Of a stretch of DNA of 64,000 bases, positions 39,244 through 51,332 are shown in pieces (the first letter of the stretch is position 1; every line of letters starts with the position of its first letter). Under the pieces are notes generated by a model. It ran no database searches. It was given only the letters and a program-made list of their open reading frames with translations, and was not told the origin of the DNA. Both the position numbers and the translations under genes were made by a program. The DNA is from Lama glama (taxonomy: Eukaryota): NCBI GenBank assembly GCA_028534125.1, contig CM052817.1, positions 105,402,001 to 105,466,000 of the forward strand, read 5' to 3'.

Positions 39244-40844
39244 CCATCCTAAGAAAGAAGAACAAAGCTGAAGGCATCACATTTCCTGATTTCAGACTTT
39301 ATTACAAAGCTATTCTAATTAAAATGATACGCATTGACACAAAAACAGACACATGGACCAATGGAATAGAATTGAGAGCCTAGAAATAAACCCACATATG
39401 TGTGTTCAACTAATATCTGAAAAGGAAGCCAGGAATACTCAATGGGGAAAAGATAGTCTTATCAATAAATGATGTTGGGAAAACTGGATATTCACATGCG
39501 AATGAATGAAATCAGATCCCTATCTTAAGCCACCCACATGGATTAACTCAAAATAGACTAAAGATTTATATAAAACTCAAAACTGTAAAACTGCTAAAAG
39601 AAAACATAGAAAGTTTCTTGACGTTGGTCTTGGCACAATTTTTTGGATATGACACCAAAAGCACAAGCAACAAAAACAAAAGTAAACAAGTGAGACTGCA
39701 TCCAAAACAAAACAAAACCTCTACACAACAAAAGAAGCAATCAGCAAAATGAAAAGGCAACTTACAGAATGGGAGGAAGTATTTGCAAACTGTCTATTTA
39801 ATAAGGGATTGATAACCAAAGTACATAAAGAACTCATACAACTCAACAGCAAAAAAAAACCCAAAAATCTGATTAAAAAATGGGCAAAGGGTTTGAAAAG
39901 ACATTTTTCTAAAGAAGACATACAAATGCCCACAGGCACATGAAAAGATGCTCAACATCACTAATCACCAAGGAAATGCAAATCAAAACCACAATGCGAT
40001 TCGACCTCATATCTGTTAGAATGGCTGTTATTACAAAACCAGTGTTAACAAGGGTTGGAAAGGATGTGGAGAAAAGGAACCCTTATACACTGCTGCTGGG
40101 AATGTACAGCCACTATGGAAAAGTTTGGAGGTTCCTCAAAACATTAGAAATGGAACTGCCATTATGATTCAGTGATTCCACTTTAGGGTATTTATCTGAA
40201 GAAAATGAAATCACTAGTCTGGAAGAGATGTCTGCACCCCCATGTTCATTACAGCATTATTCACAATAGCCAAGACATGACTATCATGTCCATCTATAGA
40301 CACATGGATAAAGAAAATATGATATATATGCATAGAAATATTTTTCGGCCATAAACGAAGAAAAGCACATCTTCTGCAAAAACACGAATGGGCTTTGAGG
40401 ACATTATGTTAAGCAAAATAAGTTATTCAGAGAAAGGCAAATACTTTACGTTCTTACTTGCATGTATAATCTAAAAAAGTTCAACTCATAGAAACGGAGA
40501 ATAGAATGACGGCTGCCAGAAGCTGGGAGATGGAGTAAATAGAGGGATGTCGATCAAAAGGTACAAACATACAGCTTAAAGATAAACAAATTCTGAGGAC
40601 CTAATGTACATCATAGTGACTATAATTAACAACACTGTGTCACAGACTTTCAAGTTGCTAACAGAATAGATCTTAAATGTTATCACCACACGCACGCACG
40701 CATGCATACACACAAATGGTAATTAAGTGAGGGGATGGAGATGTTGACTAACCTTGGCAATTATCATTTCTCAGTATATACATGTATCAAATCATCATAT
40801 TGTATCATTAATCATCATTAATAGTATCTCAATAAAGCTGGAAG
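39244..40844 (+). mobile_element. ~1.6-kb 5'-truncated older LINE-1 (L1MA-like) with frameshifted ORF2 C-terminal part
   Basis: Broken ORF2 peptides: ILRKKNKAEGITFPDFRLYYKA (ORF 39168), [13 protein letters not shown]...IKKWAK (ORF 39749), [20 protein letters not shown] (ORF 39940). Ends tatctcaataaagctggaag. Degenerate TSD aaagaattggacttat (39228-39243) / aaagaattgagtttat (40845-40860). Confidence 0.96.
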
Positions 40845-41140
40845 AAAGAATTGAGTTTATACTGGAGATATCTTAATAAACCAAGAAAGAAATATTAGAT
40901 CAAATGAAATGATCTACAATGTTGAAAATATATAGTAGAGCAAACACAATCATGTTAGCAAACATGTACTGAAATCCTTCTGCCCTCCTTAGGTTAGTAA
41001 AGAATAATTTAGAACCTGAGTCATAATTCAATTGGAGAACTCATGGCAGATCAAAGTGACGAAGGTCTCTAAAGATTGTCATGTTTTATGGCATGTGTCT
41101 ACGTTTTGTTTCTTTTTTTTTTTGGCTATTTCTTGTATCT

Positions 41141-41204
41141 TTTTTATCAAAGTATACTCAGTTTACAATGATGTGTCAATTTCTGGTGTACAGCACAATG
41201 TTTT
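41141..41204 (-). mobile_element. LINE-1 3'-terminal stub
   Basis: ttttatcaaagtatactcagtttacaatgatgtgtcaatttctggtgtacagcacaatgtttt. Confidence 0.8.
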
Positions 41205-42179
41205 CTTATAATGATATTTGAACTTTAGAGCAGGACGAGTTATTAGAAAAATTAACAGAATGGTTAGTTGTGATTGCTCAGTGGAAAAATAAATAATATC
41301 AGAAACCACTTGGATTTGTCAAAAATCAGTAATAGCTGATCATTGTTTCCCTTTGCTAGGATAACCTTTTGTTAGAGGAGAGAAATAAAACCTTTTCAGA
41401 GAGTTTTTGGACATAGTATATTGTTAAAGAAATATACAGTTGTTTAATTTAGTGACATGAGCTAGTAGTAAGTTTGAAGTTAGACTTAAAACAGATGATA
41501 GACTTCAGATATTAGATGGTAATTATTAAGCAGCATGTTTTTAAGGAGCCCATTTATCAAATATAAAGAGATATAAATTTCATTTTAGGTGAGGATATTT
41601 GAGTTTTATTTTGGATCGTGTGTAATTTCAGAAATAACCTGAAAGAACAATTATACTGCCGTTCCTTTTTTAGAGGACCACTTGCAGGCTCATAGTTGGT
41701 TCTCCATATCAGTATAAATGAACTTTATGAAAGAAGAGCTGTTTGAAATGATAAAAGTAAATTGGACTCTGCCCTGGTGAAATCATAGATGAGGGATGGA
41801 ATAAGCCTGGAGTGTTTATCATGCCAGCAGCCATGCTGATCACACACAGTGGGATTCACAGACTGTACCTTCAAAATACAATGCTCACCATTGCATTTCG
41901 GTTCACATTTGACCACCTGAGTCCAGCACCCAAGTCTCTCTCTCGGGCTGCCCAAGAACCTAGCATCCATCCTTACTGTTGTTGTGTTAACAGAGAAATA
42001 ATGACAGTCATTTATAAATTTGTTATGTCCTTTTATTGGCTTTTGAATATTTTAAAAGCACAAGAATGTCCAACAACTTTATGTATTGTGAGAAAATGCT
42101 TTTTTTAGAAAATAGCTTTTCTCTAAAACTGTGAGTTAATACAAAATTGGATCTCAAAGTCAATATTTGCAATAGCAAT

Positions 42180-42485
42180 AAAGTATACGTGTAATATGAG
42201 TAAACTGTAGTTATAAAATTAAATACAAATATATTATTAAATTATCACTATTTTAATATTTAATATATATATATATTATTTAGTAACATTATTAGCATTT
42301 AGTAATACAAAATTTATAATTACTATCTAATTTAGCAATAAATTTAGTTGTTATTTAGTAATTTAGTAATGAATGTTTATAGTTTATAATATCTAATAGT
42401 TTATGTTTATAATGCCTAATTATTTAAATGACTATTTTAAATGATAAACCTAGTAATAAAACCATAAAATATATGGTATATACAT
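42180..42485. repeat. AT-rich low-complexity tract with degenerate atttagtaat/atttagcaat units
   Basis: Almost no G/C; recurring tttagtaa, tttagcaa and tttataat units between 42278 and 42415. Confidence 0.7.
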
Positions 42486-44149
42486 TTTATTCATGTGATC
42501 AGTAGTAACATGACACTATGCTTCAAGGTACCATCTTTATGTGAAGAAGTATATTTCCTAACATGAGTGTTTAGTTTAATGTCTTTGTTTTTTTTACATT
42601 TTCAAAATGAGCTTGATTCAAAAACTGAGCAAATAAAAGCAATTGAAGGTCACTCTATGACTCTGTGATGTTTGTGTAGGGAGAAAGACAAAGAGAGGGG
42701 TCCCAGTTGTATTTTTCCAGCTCCATCAAGAGAACCAGGATCAAGTCTCTTGGTCCCTAGGGTTCACCCTGGACCCCTGACCACACAGGGTAGCCCTTGG
42801 GAAGACCAGTTAGTTTAACACAGGCCACATGATGGCGCCACTGAGCCAGTGACATCATCTTACAAGTGTCTATTAAGGAGTTGTACTTTAGTGTTCTGAG
42901 ACTATGCTGTCCTTATTCCATTGTTCGCATCTCTTCCCTGTAGTCTCAAGTCCGTAATACCGTCCAGTTTCAACAGTAGCATTTATTCAGTATGTCTGTA
43001 TTGTTCAAAATCTATTCTGCCTTTCCAATATTTAACATTTTTTTCTGATATTTATAATGAATTTTTTATGGGAAGACGTTAGTTTCTGGAAGTGGCCTGC
43101 GTTTCATTTTAGAGAGAATTCTATGCTTTTCACTTCATATTCACATCCATTTCTGGGCACTTAGTGACTATCGTTTGATAAAGGTAACATCAGTCCCCAA
43201 GAAAGATTATAACGTTCATCAGTGTCATCTCTTGATATTCTTTTCTTATATGAGTAAAATTTACAAAAAAGGAAAGAATTACAATAAAAAATAATTTTTT
43301 CATACACAGATTTACAGGGACACAAACAAAGCATGCACAATTTACCATCTTTATTATCAGCTAGTAATATCTAGAAGGCAGTGTTATTTTAGTGTTTTTG
43401 ATTGTTTACTTGCTTATTTTGCTTTTAGCTTGAATTCTTCCTTGGGTGGTTATTTACTGTTGTTACCTGCTTGAGCGTGCGCACGCATGTCTATGTGTGT
43501 AAATCTTGGATATATGTTAGTGGACACACCCCTACTTGCCAAAATAAAAAAAATAATGTTACAATCAGGTAAAACAGACAACTCTTGTAAGCATATAGAA
43601 TGATCAAGTCAAATGGTTAACATTCTGTGACTCCCAGAATGATATAGTGTTATCTGTTTTATTGACCCTGAAAGTCAAAAATATATCTATTTTATAGATG
43701 AAGAGGTATTCGTAATTTCAAGGGAGTCAGCATTGCTTATATGAGTAGATAAAAAAGTATTATATGCACAAAAGAGAAGATGTTTCCACTTCATAGATCA
43801 TGGAAGATATTTTTAACCTCATTCAAGGCTGTAGTAAAAGTTAACTTTTCAAAGTGTTTTTTGGTTTTTTTTATGGTATTTAAATAGTAGAGGTTTTAGG
43901 TAATTGGACTCCTTTCTTCCTGAATCATAGATATGCAAAGATAGCTGAGACCTCACAGATAAAATAGTGGAATCTTTTTATTTGACTGATGATGTTAAAA
44001 TGCTTCATCTAGTTTAAAATAGCTTGTCCAATTTCATCATTTCCATTCTTTGCCGTCGCTTCACCTCAAAAAAAAATGCAATGATATCTGCTCCCGCAAA
44101 TCCACTGAAACTTCTTTCCTTAAATTCAGAGTCATCCTACTTAATTACC

Positions 44150-46000
44150 AGATAAAACAGGCATTCTCCCGGACTGGTTGGATACAACTTTTCGTGGTAT
44201 TTGAGATTGTTGAGCACTTCGTAGATCTAGAAATTCTCAGTAGTATTCTTTTCTAAACTTCCCTCAACACCCTAACAACACCTTAGTCTCTTTCATTGGT
44301 TCCACTTCCTCTTCCTTTGGTCTTAAGGGAGGGTCATTCTTGGATCCCTTATTGACTCTTTCCACAATGTACTCTCTCTTTGGATGACCTCTTCAGCAAC
44401 TCTCTTGAGTTCCCCAGAATGTTTTATTCATTTTACACTCTATTATCAAATAAATAATGCTCTTCTCCATGATTTCAACTACCACCTGCATTTTAATTAA
44501 CTCTTTTTGTAATTAACTCTTAAGTTGAACATATATCCTAAGCGTCCAGATTTGTAAGTTCAACCACATGTGTAGCACATGCAATTCGGAGTCGCAGAGA
44601 TGTGTCTCAAGTTCCATAGACCCAGAACTGATTCATTACTGTTTCACAAAAACTTTCCCTCATCCTTTTTTTCTTATCTCAACATGCACTTGATTATTCA
44701 ATCAGGAAATGTGTTTTGTTTTTTTAAAATTCTTTATACTCTTCTAAACATAGCTTTATTATATCTTTTTGTAAATATGCAGTCTTTCTCTTTAATATCT
44801 GAAAAATATTTTTAAAAATCCAAAATTTCATAATATCTCAAATTGCTCCTCAAAAGCCTATTTTTTAAACTGAATTATAGTTGGTTTACTATGTTGGGTT
44901 AATTTCTGGTGTACAGCATAGTGATTTAGTTATACACATATATATTTATTTTCCTATTCTTTTTCATTATAGGCTATTACAAGATATTGAATATAGTCCC
45001 CTGTGCTGTAGAGTAGGTCCTTGTTGTTAACCTATTTTATATATAGTAGTCAGTATCTGCCAATCCTGAAATCCCACTTTATCCCTCCTCCCCAACCTTC
45101 CTCCCTGGTAACCATAAGTTTGTTTTCTATGTCTGTGACTCTTTTTCTGTTTTGTAAATAAGTTCATGTGTGTCATTTTTTTTTTTGATTCCACATGTAA
45201 GTGATATCATACAGTATTTGTCTTTCTCTGTCTGGCTTCTTCACTTAGTATGATCATCTCTAGGTCCATCCACACTGCTGCAAATGGTATTGTTTTCCTC
45301 ATTTTTATGGCTGAGTAGTACTCCATTGTATAAATATACCAAATCTTCTTTATCCAGTCATCTGTTCATAGACATTTAGGTTACTTCCATGTCTCAGCTA
45401 TTGTAAATAGTGCCAACAGTCTTCGGAATCTGCTTCCACAGTGCTCACTCTAATGTCCAAATTTGGTTTTATAGTAGCTTTGCTTAAAATAGACTCCCTG
45501 CTCGAGTCCAAACTCCTTAGAGCATCACACAAGTGTGTCCATGAACAGCTCATGACCCACCAGCATCCTTCAGCATCTTCCATGGGCAGAATGACTCATC
45601 ATATGTAGGTGGAGGAAGAATTCTTACTCATTACCAATTCCCTGCATTTCTACTAGTGTTCTGGCTGTCTGGAAAAATGATCTCTCCGCACAAAATTCAC
45701 CACCACCTCGTCCTATTTGACAGCTCATTTTTTAGTTCAGCTTTCATATCATCTATGGATTCTTTCTTGGTCCTTGCCCCAAGACAACGATTAGTCAGTC
45801 ATCTCGTAATCTGAAGTGTCCTCCAGATTTGCAGATATACCACGCATGAAAGCGTCAGACACTCCCTGTCTCGGGTTATAGTGGTTTGTTTACAGGTAGG
45901 GATTTTCCACTAGCTTTACCGTCAGGGAGCTTTCAACTCCCTATTAACTGTCCTCGGCACATGCTAAACAAGAGGCGCTAAGTGTCTGTTGAATGAATTA
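44150..46000 (+). mobile_element. LINE-2 relic split by the L1 at 44861-45413
   Basis: Left part: tctctctttggatgacctc, ccatgatttcaactaccacct, cccagaactgattcatt. Right part ends cctcggcacatgctaaacaagaggcgctaagtgtctgttgaatgaatta (L2 terminus). Confidence 0.6.
44861..45413 (-). mobile_element. 5'-truncated LINE-1
   Basis: Antisense tail (aatttctggtgtacagcatagtgatttagttatac) through ggctgagtagtactccattgtataaatatacc...gctattgtaaatagtgc. Possible degenerate TSD caaaagcct / caacagtct. Confidence 0.93.
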
Positions 46001-46138
46001 ATGGTCTTAATTGGGCAACGTCCCTTGCTATTATTCAAATCACTTAATAGGTTAATAAAAACACAAGTCATTACTTTTACTAGTCTTTTAAAATATGTTT
46101 TTCTGCAAATTGTCTCTCAAATCACAGGAATTTTTTTT

Positions 46139-46325
46139 AACATTTTTTATTGACTTATAATAATTTTACAATGTTGTGTCAAATTCCAGTGTAGAGCACA
46201 ATTTTTCAGTTATACATGAACATACATATATTCGTTGTCACATTTTTTTTCTCTGTGAGCTACCACAAGATCTTGTATATATTTCCCTGTGCTATACAGT
46301 ATAATCTTGTTTATCTATTCTGTGT
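46139..46325 (-). mobile_element. Short LINE-1 3' end, distinct and probably younger tail subtype
   Basis: ttttttattgacttataataattttacaatgttgtgtcaaattccagtgtagagcacaatttttcagttatacatgaacatac. Perfect flanking repeat aggaatttttttt at 46126-46138 and 46326-46338. Confidence 0.9.
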
Positions 46326-49317
46326 AGGAATTTTTTTTTTCAGAATGGCATTATTTGTATATAATGTATACATGTATATATTGTATATAAATATATATGA
46401 TGCACTCATATGCTATTCATAAGTATAAATATTGCAAATACAGTAAAAGTTACTTAGTGAACGTCACTACTTTAAGAGATATTTTTAAACAGTTCTTACT
46501 GTTCAAAAGGAAAATTTTGTTTGAAAAACACTAGAATAAAATATTATATTGAATTTGAATATATAAAAATTTAACTATATTTGATTATCTTTCATATAGC
46601 AATGTACATTTTTGGAATTGGGAATTTAAATGATAGCAATTTTGATGTTCACATATGATGCATGTGTACTTCTTAACAGGACAGAGAGTAACCTTGGAAA
46701 TTTAAATTTTTCTATTTTATTTCCAAAGATTGTATCATTTCCCCCACAAAATGGCACAAAAGAATGCATTCAGGTGATGAATATGTCAGTTTATAAACTA
46801 GGCAGATGGTGCTTGCTTGTCTTATCAGATGTGTGGTATGAGGTGTATTTCAAAGGGGAAAAAATGAATCTCACAGTCCAGACAAGAATTTGCAGTTTGT
46901 CTATTGATTAGATATTTGGGAATGACTGAAAGAGCCAAAATGGTTCCTTGTGCTAAGTCATGAAAGGCTCATTTTGAATTTTGGAGAACGTGCAAGAATT
47001 GTGATTATCAAATAAGCTAAACATCACAACAGTTTATTGCTGGTGGGAGCCCATATGCCATCCCTTACCACCCTTCCCCTCAGAATAGCAATGCAGCACC
47101 CAAGGGGGCGGGGGGATGTTAATATGTGTGCTAACTGCCCTCCCCCATCCCAGTGTGTGCAAGTACTCTGGTCAATTCGAGGAAATGCAGATCGACTTGT
47201 TCATTTATTTATTTCAGTTTTTCTTCAAGATTTCTTGAAGTCCTTATTATTTTAAGGTTCACAGGTCTCTTTGTTGAGTAATTAGAGAGAGACTATTTCC
47301 CAAACATTTCATCAGAGAGTATTTTTCATTTAATTTTGTGTCTGAAGCACACAGGATCATCTTGACTTCAATACTGATACCTTCACTTTGTAAACAGAGC
47401 ATCTCAAGGCCAGAGCCTGTAAGACCTTCTCTTAAAGCCACAAAGCAAGTGAACAGAGAAGAATCAAATGTTCCACCTCTACAAAAGTATACCCTCAGAC
47501 ACAATTTCACAAAAATCTTCACAAAAATCTTCAAGTTAAGTGGGGAATAGTTAATTTTGGTCAAGGAAAATATGATCCAAAACAATAAGCACTCAAATTT
47601 TTAAAAATCCAATTATAGATATCTTTATTAATTCTCATACCCACTTAAGAACTAGGAAAGTATATCATAACAGGCAAGAAATTCTCTGGAATTAGTTGGC
47701 AGTATGTTCACTTCCTTTCAAGGTACACAACTTGGAGAACGTTCGGGAGGTGTTCCGAAAGGGCAAAAACACACACACAAAAAAATGTCTTAAGATCTAA
47801 GATCAGTGGCCAATAGTTCTCTGTACTATAATCATAACCACAAAGAGAACTCCGCTTTGCCAACAGGAAATATTTTCACCTACGTTAAATCCCTATATAT
47901 GTTATTACATCAGCCAAAAGGTCCATTGGTACTGGTTGTTACTTAAATCTGTAATATTTATATCATATATATTTTTAAAACCATTGAAAACAATAAGCTG
48001 ATTCTGGAATTCCACTGTGTCTTTGCTTTCTGGTCTCTATTCATCTCAGAAATGCTTCTGATTCTCATCTTTCCCTTAATTATTGCTTTTTCTTTGCAAA
48101 CAAAATTGCAAAATGTGTTTGTTCCTTGTCACTGATGCAAAACACTCCTTTAAGGGGAAAATTGGCCTCAGGTATCTGAGATTCTGGCTCCGTGGTTTGA
48201 CGACACTGCAGATGCTCGTGTAAAGGCAGGTGGCAAAACGTGAATCCAAGACTCTATCCATTATGTTCATTTACTTTACCATTTAGAAAGCACAGATGTT
48301 AACTATAGAACAACAAGGTGGTTTTTATTGTAATCACCTGCTGTTACGCTCCCTCCTGGCACAGTGGCCAAAAGGATTCTCATTCCCTTCTCATTTACGA
48401 GGTGTGTGTTATTTGATGGCTCAAAACAAAACTGGAAATTATTTTTCATTCATAAGAAATGCTTCGAATGAGATAATTCTGAAGGAAAATTGGTAGAAAT
48501 TTCAATTCCATGCTATCAGACTTAATTGTATACATTCATTGTAATGTGATTTGTGTTGATTTTCAGCTTGAAAATCTAGTTCTCTCTGGTGTATTTCTTG
48601 ATTTCCTATTGTTTAGGAAGAATGCCTTCTCTTCACTGACAATCCTGGAACTGATTATTATTTGATTCTTGTTTCCTTTAGCTCTGAGTCACAAAATGGA
48701 AATTTTTAATATTTTCCAGTTTGCTATTGAATTAAAATTAATATTTTAAAGAGCTTTTGTTGTTGAATACCAGAACTTATATATAAATATACACTCATAG
48801 GCAGTATTTACACACATAATGTATAGTGTTACATATATATGATACTATAATGTGTATCTATAAGGATTTTGTCATTAATGTACTAGCCAGAAGTTATATC
48901 GGCAGAGAAATAATCAATCTAACGTCACAAAGACTGTTCCTAGAGGTAGGGGCCACTTGCCTCCTTCTCATTACGTCTAGTGAGATTGAAAGTCTTGTAA
49001 TTCTGATTGTTCCTCATGGGAGTTAATCTATTTCCCAAAGGGCCTAAATTCCCCGCCACTGGCATCTACAAAACGCAGAGTTTCCAAGTCCGCTTCTCTC
49101 ATCACTTCCCTCCTCACCAGAGACCTGGTGGAGGACAGGACTGCAGATTCTGCTTCTACCGACACAGCCTTTGGCACACTCTTGAGTCCACCGGCATCGC
49201 TCCCCGTCCATGGCGCAGCCATAGCAAAGCATTCACCTCTCTCTCTGTTGATCTTCCTGTTTGAGTGCACATCCTGTTTATAAAACACAGCGAACATGAG
49301 CAAATATGTGCTTTACT

Positions 49318-49810
49318 TGTCGACTGAAATAAAACGCACAACCTAGAAGTTGAGAGTGATGATTTCTGAGGACTCAGACTCCCTTGAGTCCGGGATGACA
49401 GCCTCTCAGATCGCTCTGAGGGACTGCTCCAAAGAGGTGGGGAGGGAGCCAGGATATACACGAGTTCTTACAGCAGAGACCAGGTAGTCGGAGCATCAAA
49501 GATTACTGTTGAAGAAAACCAGACATCTCAAGTTAATGAATTTAGCACTCTTCTATGTATGGGAAGATGCAAGAGTCTGGGTTCATTGAAATCACTCCTT
49601 TCATGTGCAAGGAATGTCTACAGCCATGTCCTGTTCTACATCCTGTGTCCCCTCGGGGGGCACCACTGAGGATGGCAGCAGAGGCCGGACTGCCTGCTTG
49701 TCAGCATCCTGACTTCCATCCGGCTCCCCGTGGGGGACCACAGCAGGGGCTGATGACTTGATGGCCACATCCTTTATTTACTGATACAGCTGGCAATATT
49801 TTTTATCACA
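49318..49810 (-). mobile_element. ERV1 solo LTR, cetartiodactyl MER41-like
   Basis: TGT...ACA termini and 4-bp flanks tact/tatt. Blocks gacagcctctcagatcgctctgagggactgctccaaagagg, gaaaaccagacatctcaagttaatgaatttagc and ctatgtatgggaagatgcaagagtctggg match the antisense MER41_BT-like LTR as recalled. Confidence 0.85.
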
Positions 49811-50309
49811 TATTATGATGTCCAATAAATGTCATAACTGCTAAAGTAAACTTAGACACAGAAAACATACATTTTTTTTCAATTATTCAATAAAAATGTA
49901 TTGAACATCTATCATTTGGTAAATAGAACCTAACTCTGCCCTAGAAAGATTTGTGATATACAACTTTACCCTCAGAGAAAATATAATCCAGCAGAGGAAA
50001 GCACAGATTCTAAAATTGTCAGATAACTTTTCTAAAAAACTCAATGTCTTTTTTGTGGTTAAAAAATACCCTCCTCCCAAATAAAACATCCTTTTAGAAA
50101 ATATGAATTGTAACATGCCCAACGGACCCTATCACATATTCACCATCCAACTCTTAACTGCCCTTTAATTTAACTGATGTTTAACTAAATATCTTTATTT
50201 AAAAGAGTTTACAAATATGTACATTTTCCATTTGTAAAGCCTTTTTTTTTGGTAAATCACCTTTTGAATTCTAATAATTAAGGATATTTGAAATATTATT
50301 GTATTAATA

Positions 50310-50700
50310 AAATGACTCTAGGGGGTTGCAACAAATCAACAAAAACATTGTGATGGCATAAATATGACAGACTTATTTTTCTTGCTTATGTAAAAATAAA
50401 AACATATTTCTGAAAGGCTACTAATTTTCCTCCAAGTAATAATTGAGGGACTTGGGTCCTTCCATCTAATGGCTTCATTATCTTCAGCACATGACTTCAG
50501 AGTATCACCTGTTTATCTGCATCAGGGCCATGAAAGGAATGTGCCATGGGGCCCACTCAGCTTGTGGTCCTGGCCCAGAGTCACTGCATAAACCTGTGCT
50601 GATTTCTTATTGGCTCTGTCACTCAACCACATCTGCTACAGGAAACATTGAAAAATGCACACACTACTGAATTCAAGAAGAAAAAAATGGATTTGGTGAA
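50310..50700 (-). mobile_element. MaLR LTR relic, MLT1J-like, interrupted near its end by an L1
   Basis: gggacttgggtccttccatctaatggcttcattatcttcagcacatgacttc...aagaagaaaaaaatggatttggtgaa. The last ~20 bp seem to resume at ~51350-51372. Confidence 0.6.
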
Positions 50701-51332
50701 ACATCCAGAGAAAACTCTAATTCGAAAAGACATGTGCAGCCTACTGTTTGTAGCAGCTCTATATACAATAGCCAAGAAATGGAAGCAACCTAAATGTCCA
50801 TCAACAGATGACTGGATACAGATGCTGTGGTATATTTATACAATGGAATACTACTCAGCCATAAAAAATAATGAAATGATGCCATTTGCAGCAACATAGA
50901 CATAACTAGAGATGATCATACTAAGTGAAGTAAATCAGATAGAGAAAGACAAATATCATCTGATATCACTTACATGTGAAATCTTTAAAAAAAATGATAC
51001 AAATGAACTTATTTACAAAACAGAAAGAGACTCACAGACATAGAAAATAAATTTATGGTTACCAAAGGTGAAAGGGCAGGGAGGGATAAATTAGGAGTTT
51101 GGGATTAACAGATATACACCACTATATACTAAAGAGATAAACAGCAAGGACCAACTGTTGAGCACAGGAACTATATTCAGTATCTTGTAATAACCTGTAA
51201 TGAAAAAGAATCCAAAAAGGAATATATACATATGTATATCTGAATCCCTATGCTGTACACTACACACTAACACAACACTGTAAATCTACTATACTTTAAT
51301 TAAAAATGTTTTTAAAAGTACAATCAGAACTC
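50701..51332 (+). mobile_element. 5'-truncated LINE-1
   Basis: ORF 50648-50899 (PEKTLIRKD...IAKKWKQPKCPSTDDWI..WYIYTMEYYSAIK..MPFAAT) is the ORF2 C-terminus, followed by the 3'UTR. TSD core atggatttggt at 50687-50697 and 51339-51349. Confidence 0.95.

Noticed and set aside
39168..40167. ORFs resembling the C-terminal part of a retroelement protein (also 27437, 50648, 58520, 58812)
   Set aside because: Frameshifted, stop-interrupted LINE-1 ORF2 remnants in 5'-truncated copies, not functional CDS.
47506..47533. 12-bp tandem duplication ttcacaaaaatc and the nearby 8-bp-arm palindrome at 47223-47240
   Set aside because: Ordinary slippage or chance-level structures at this length in 64 kb of AT-rich DNA.
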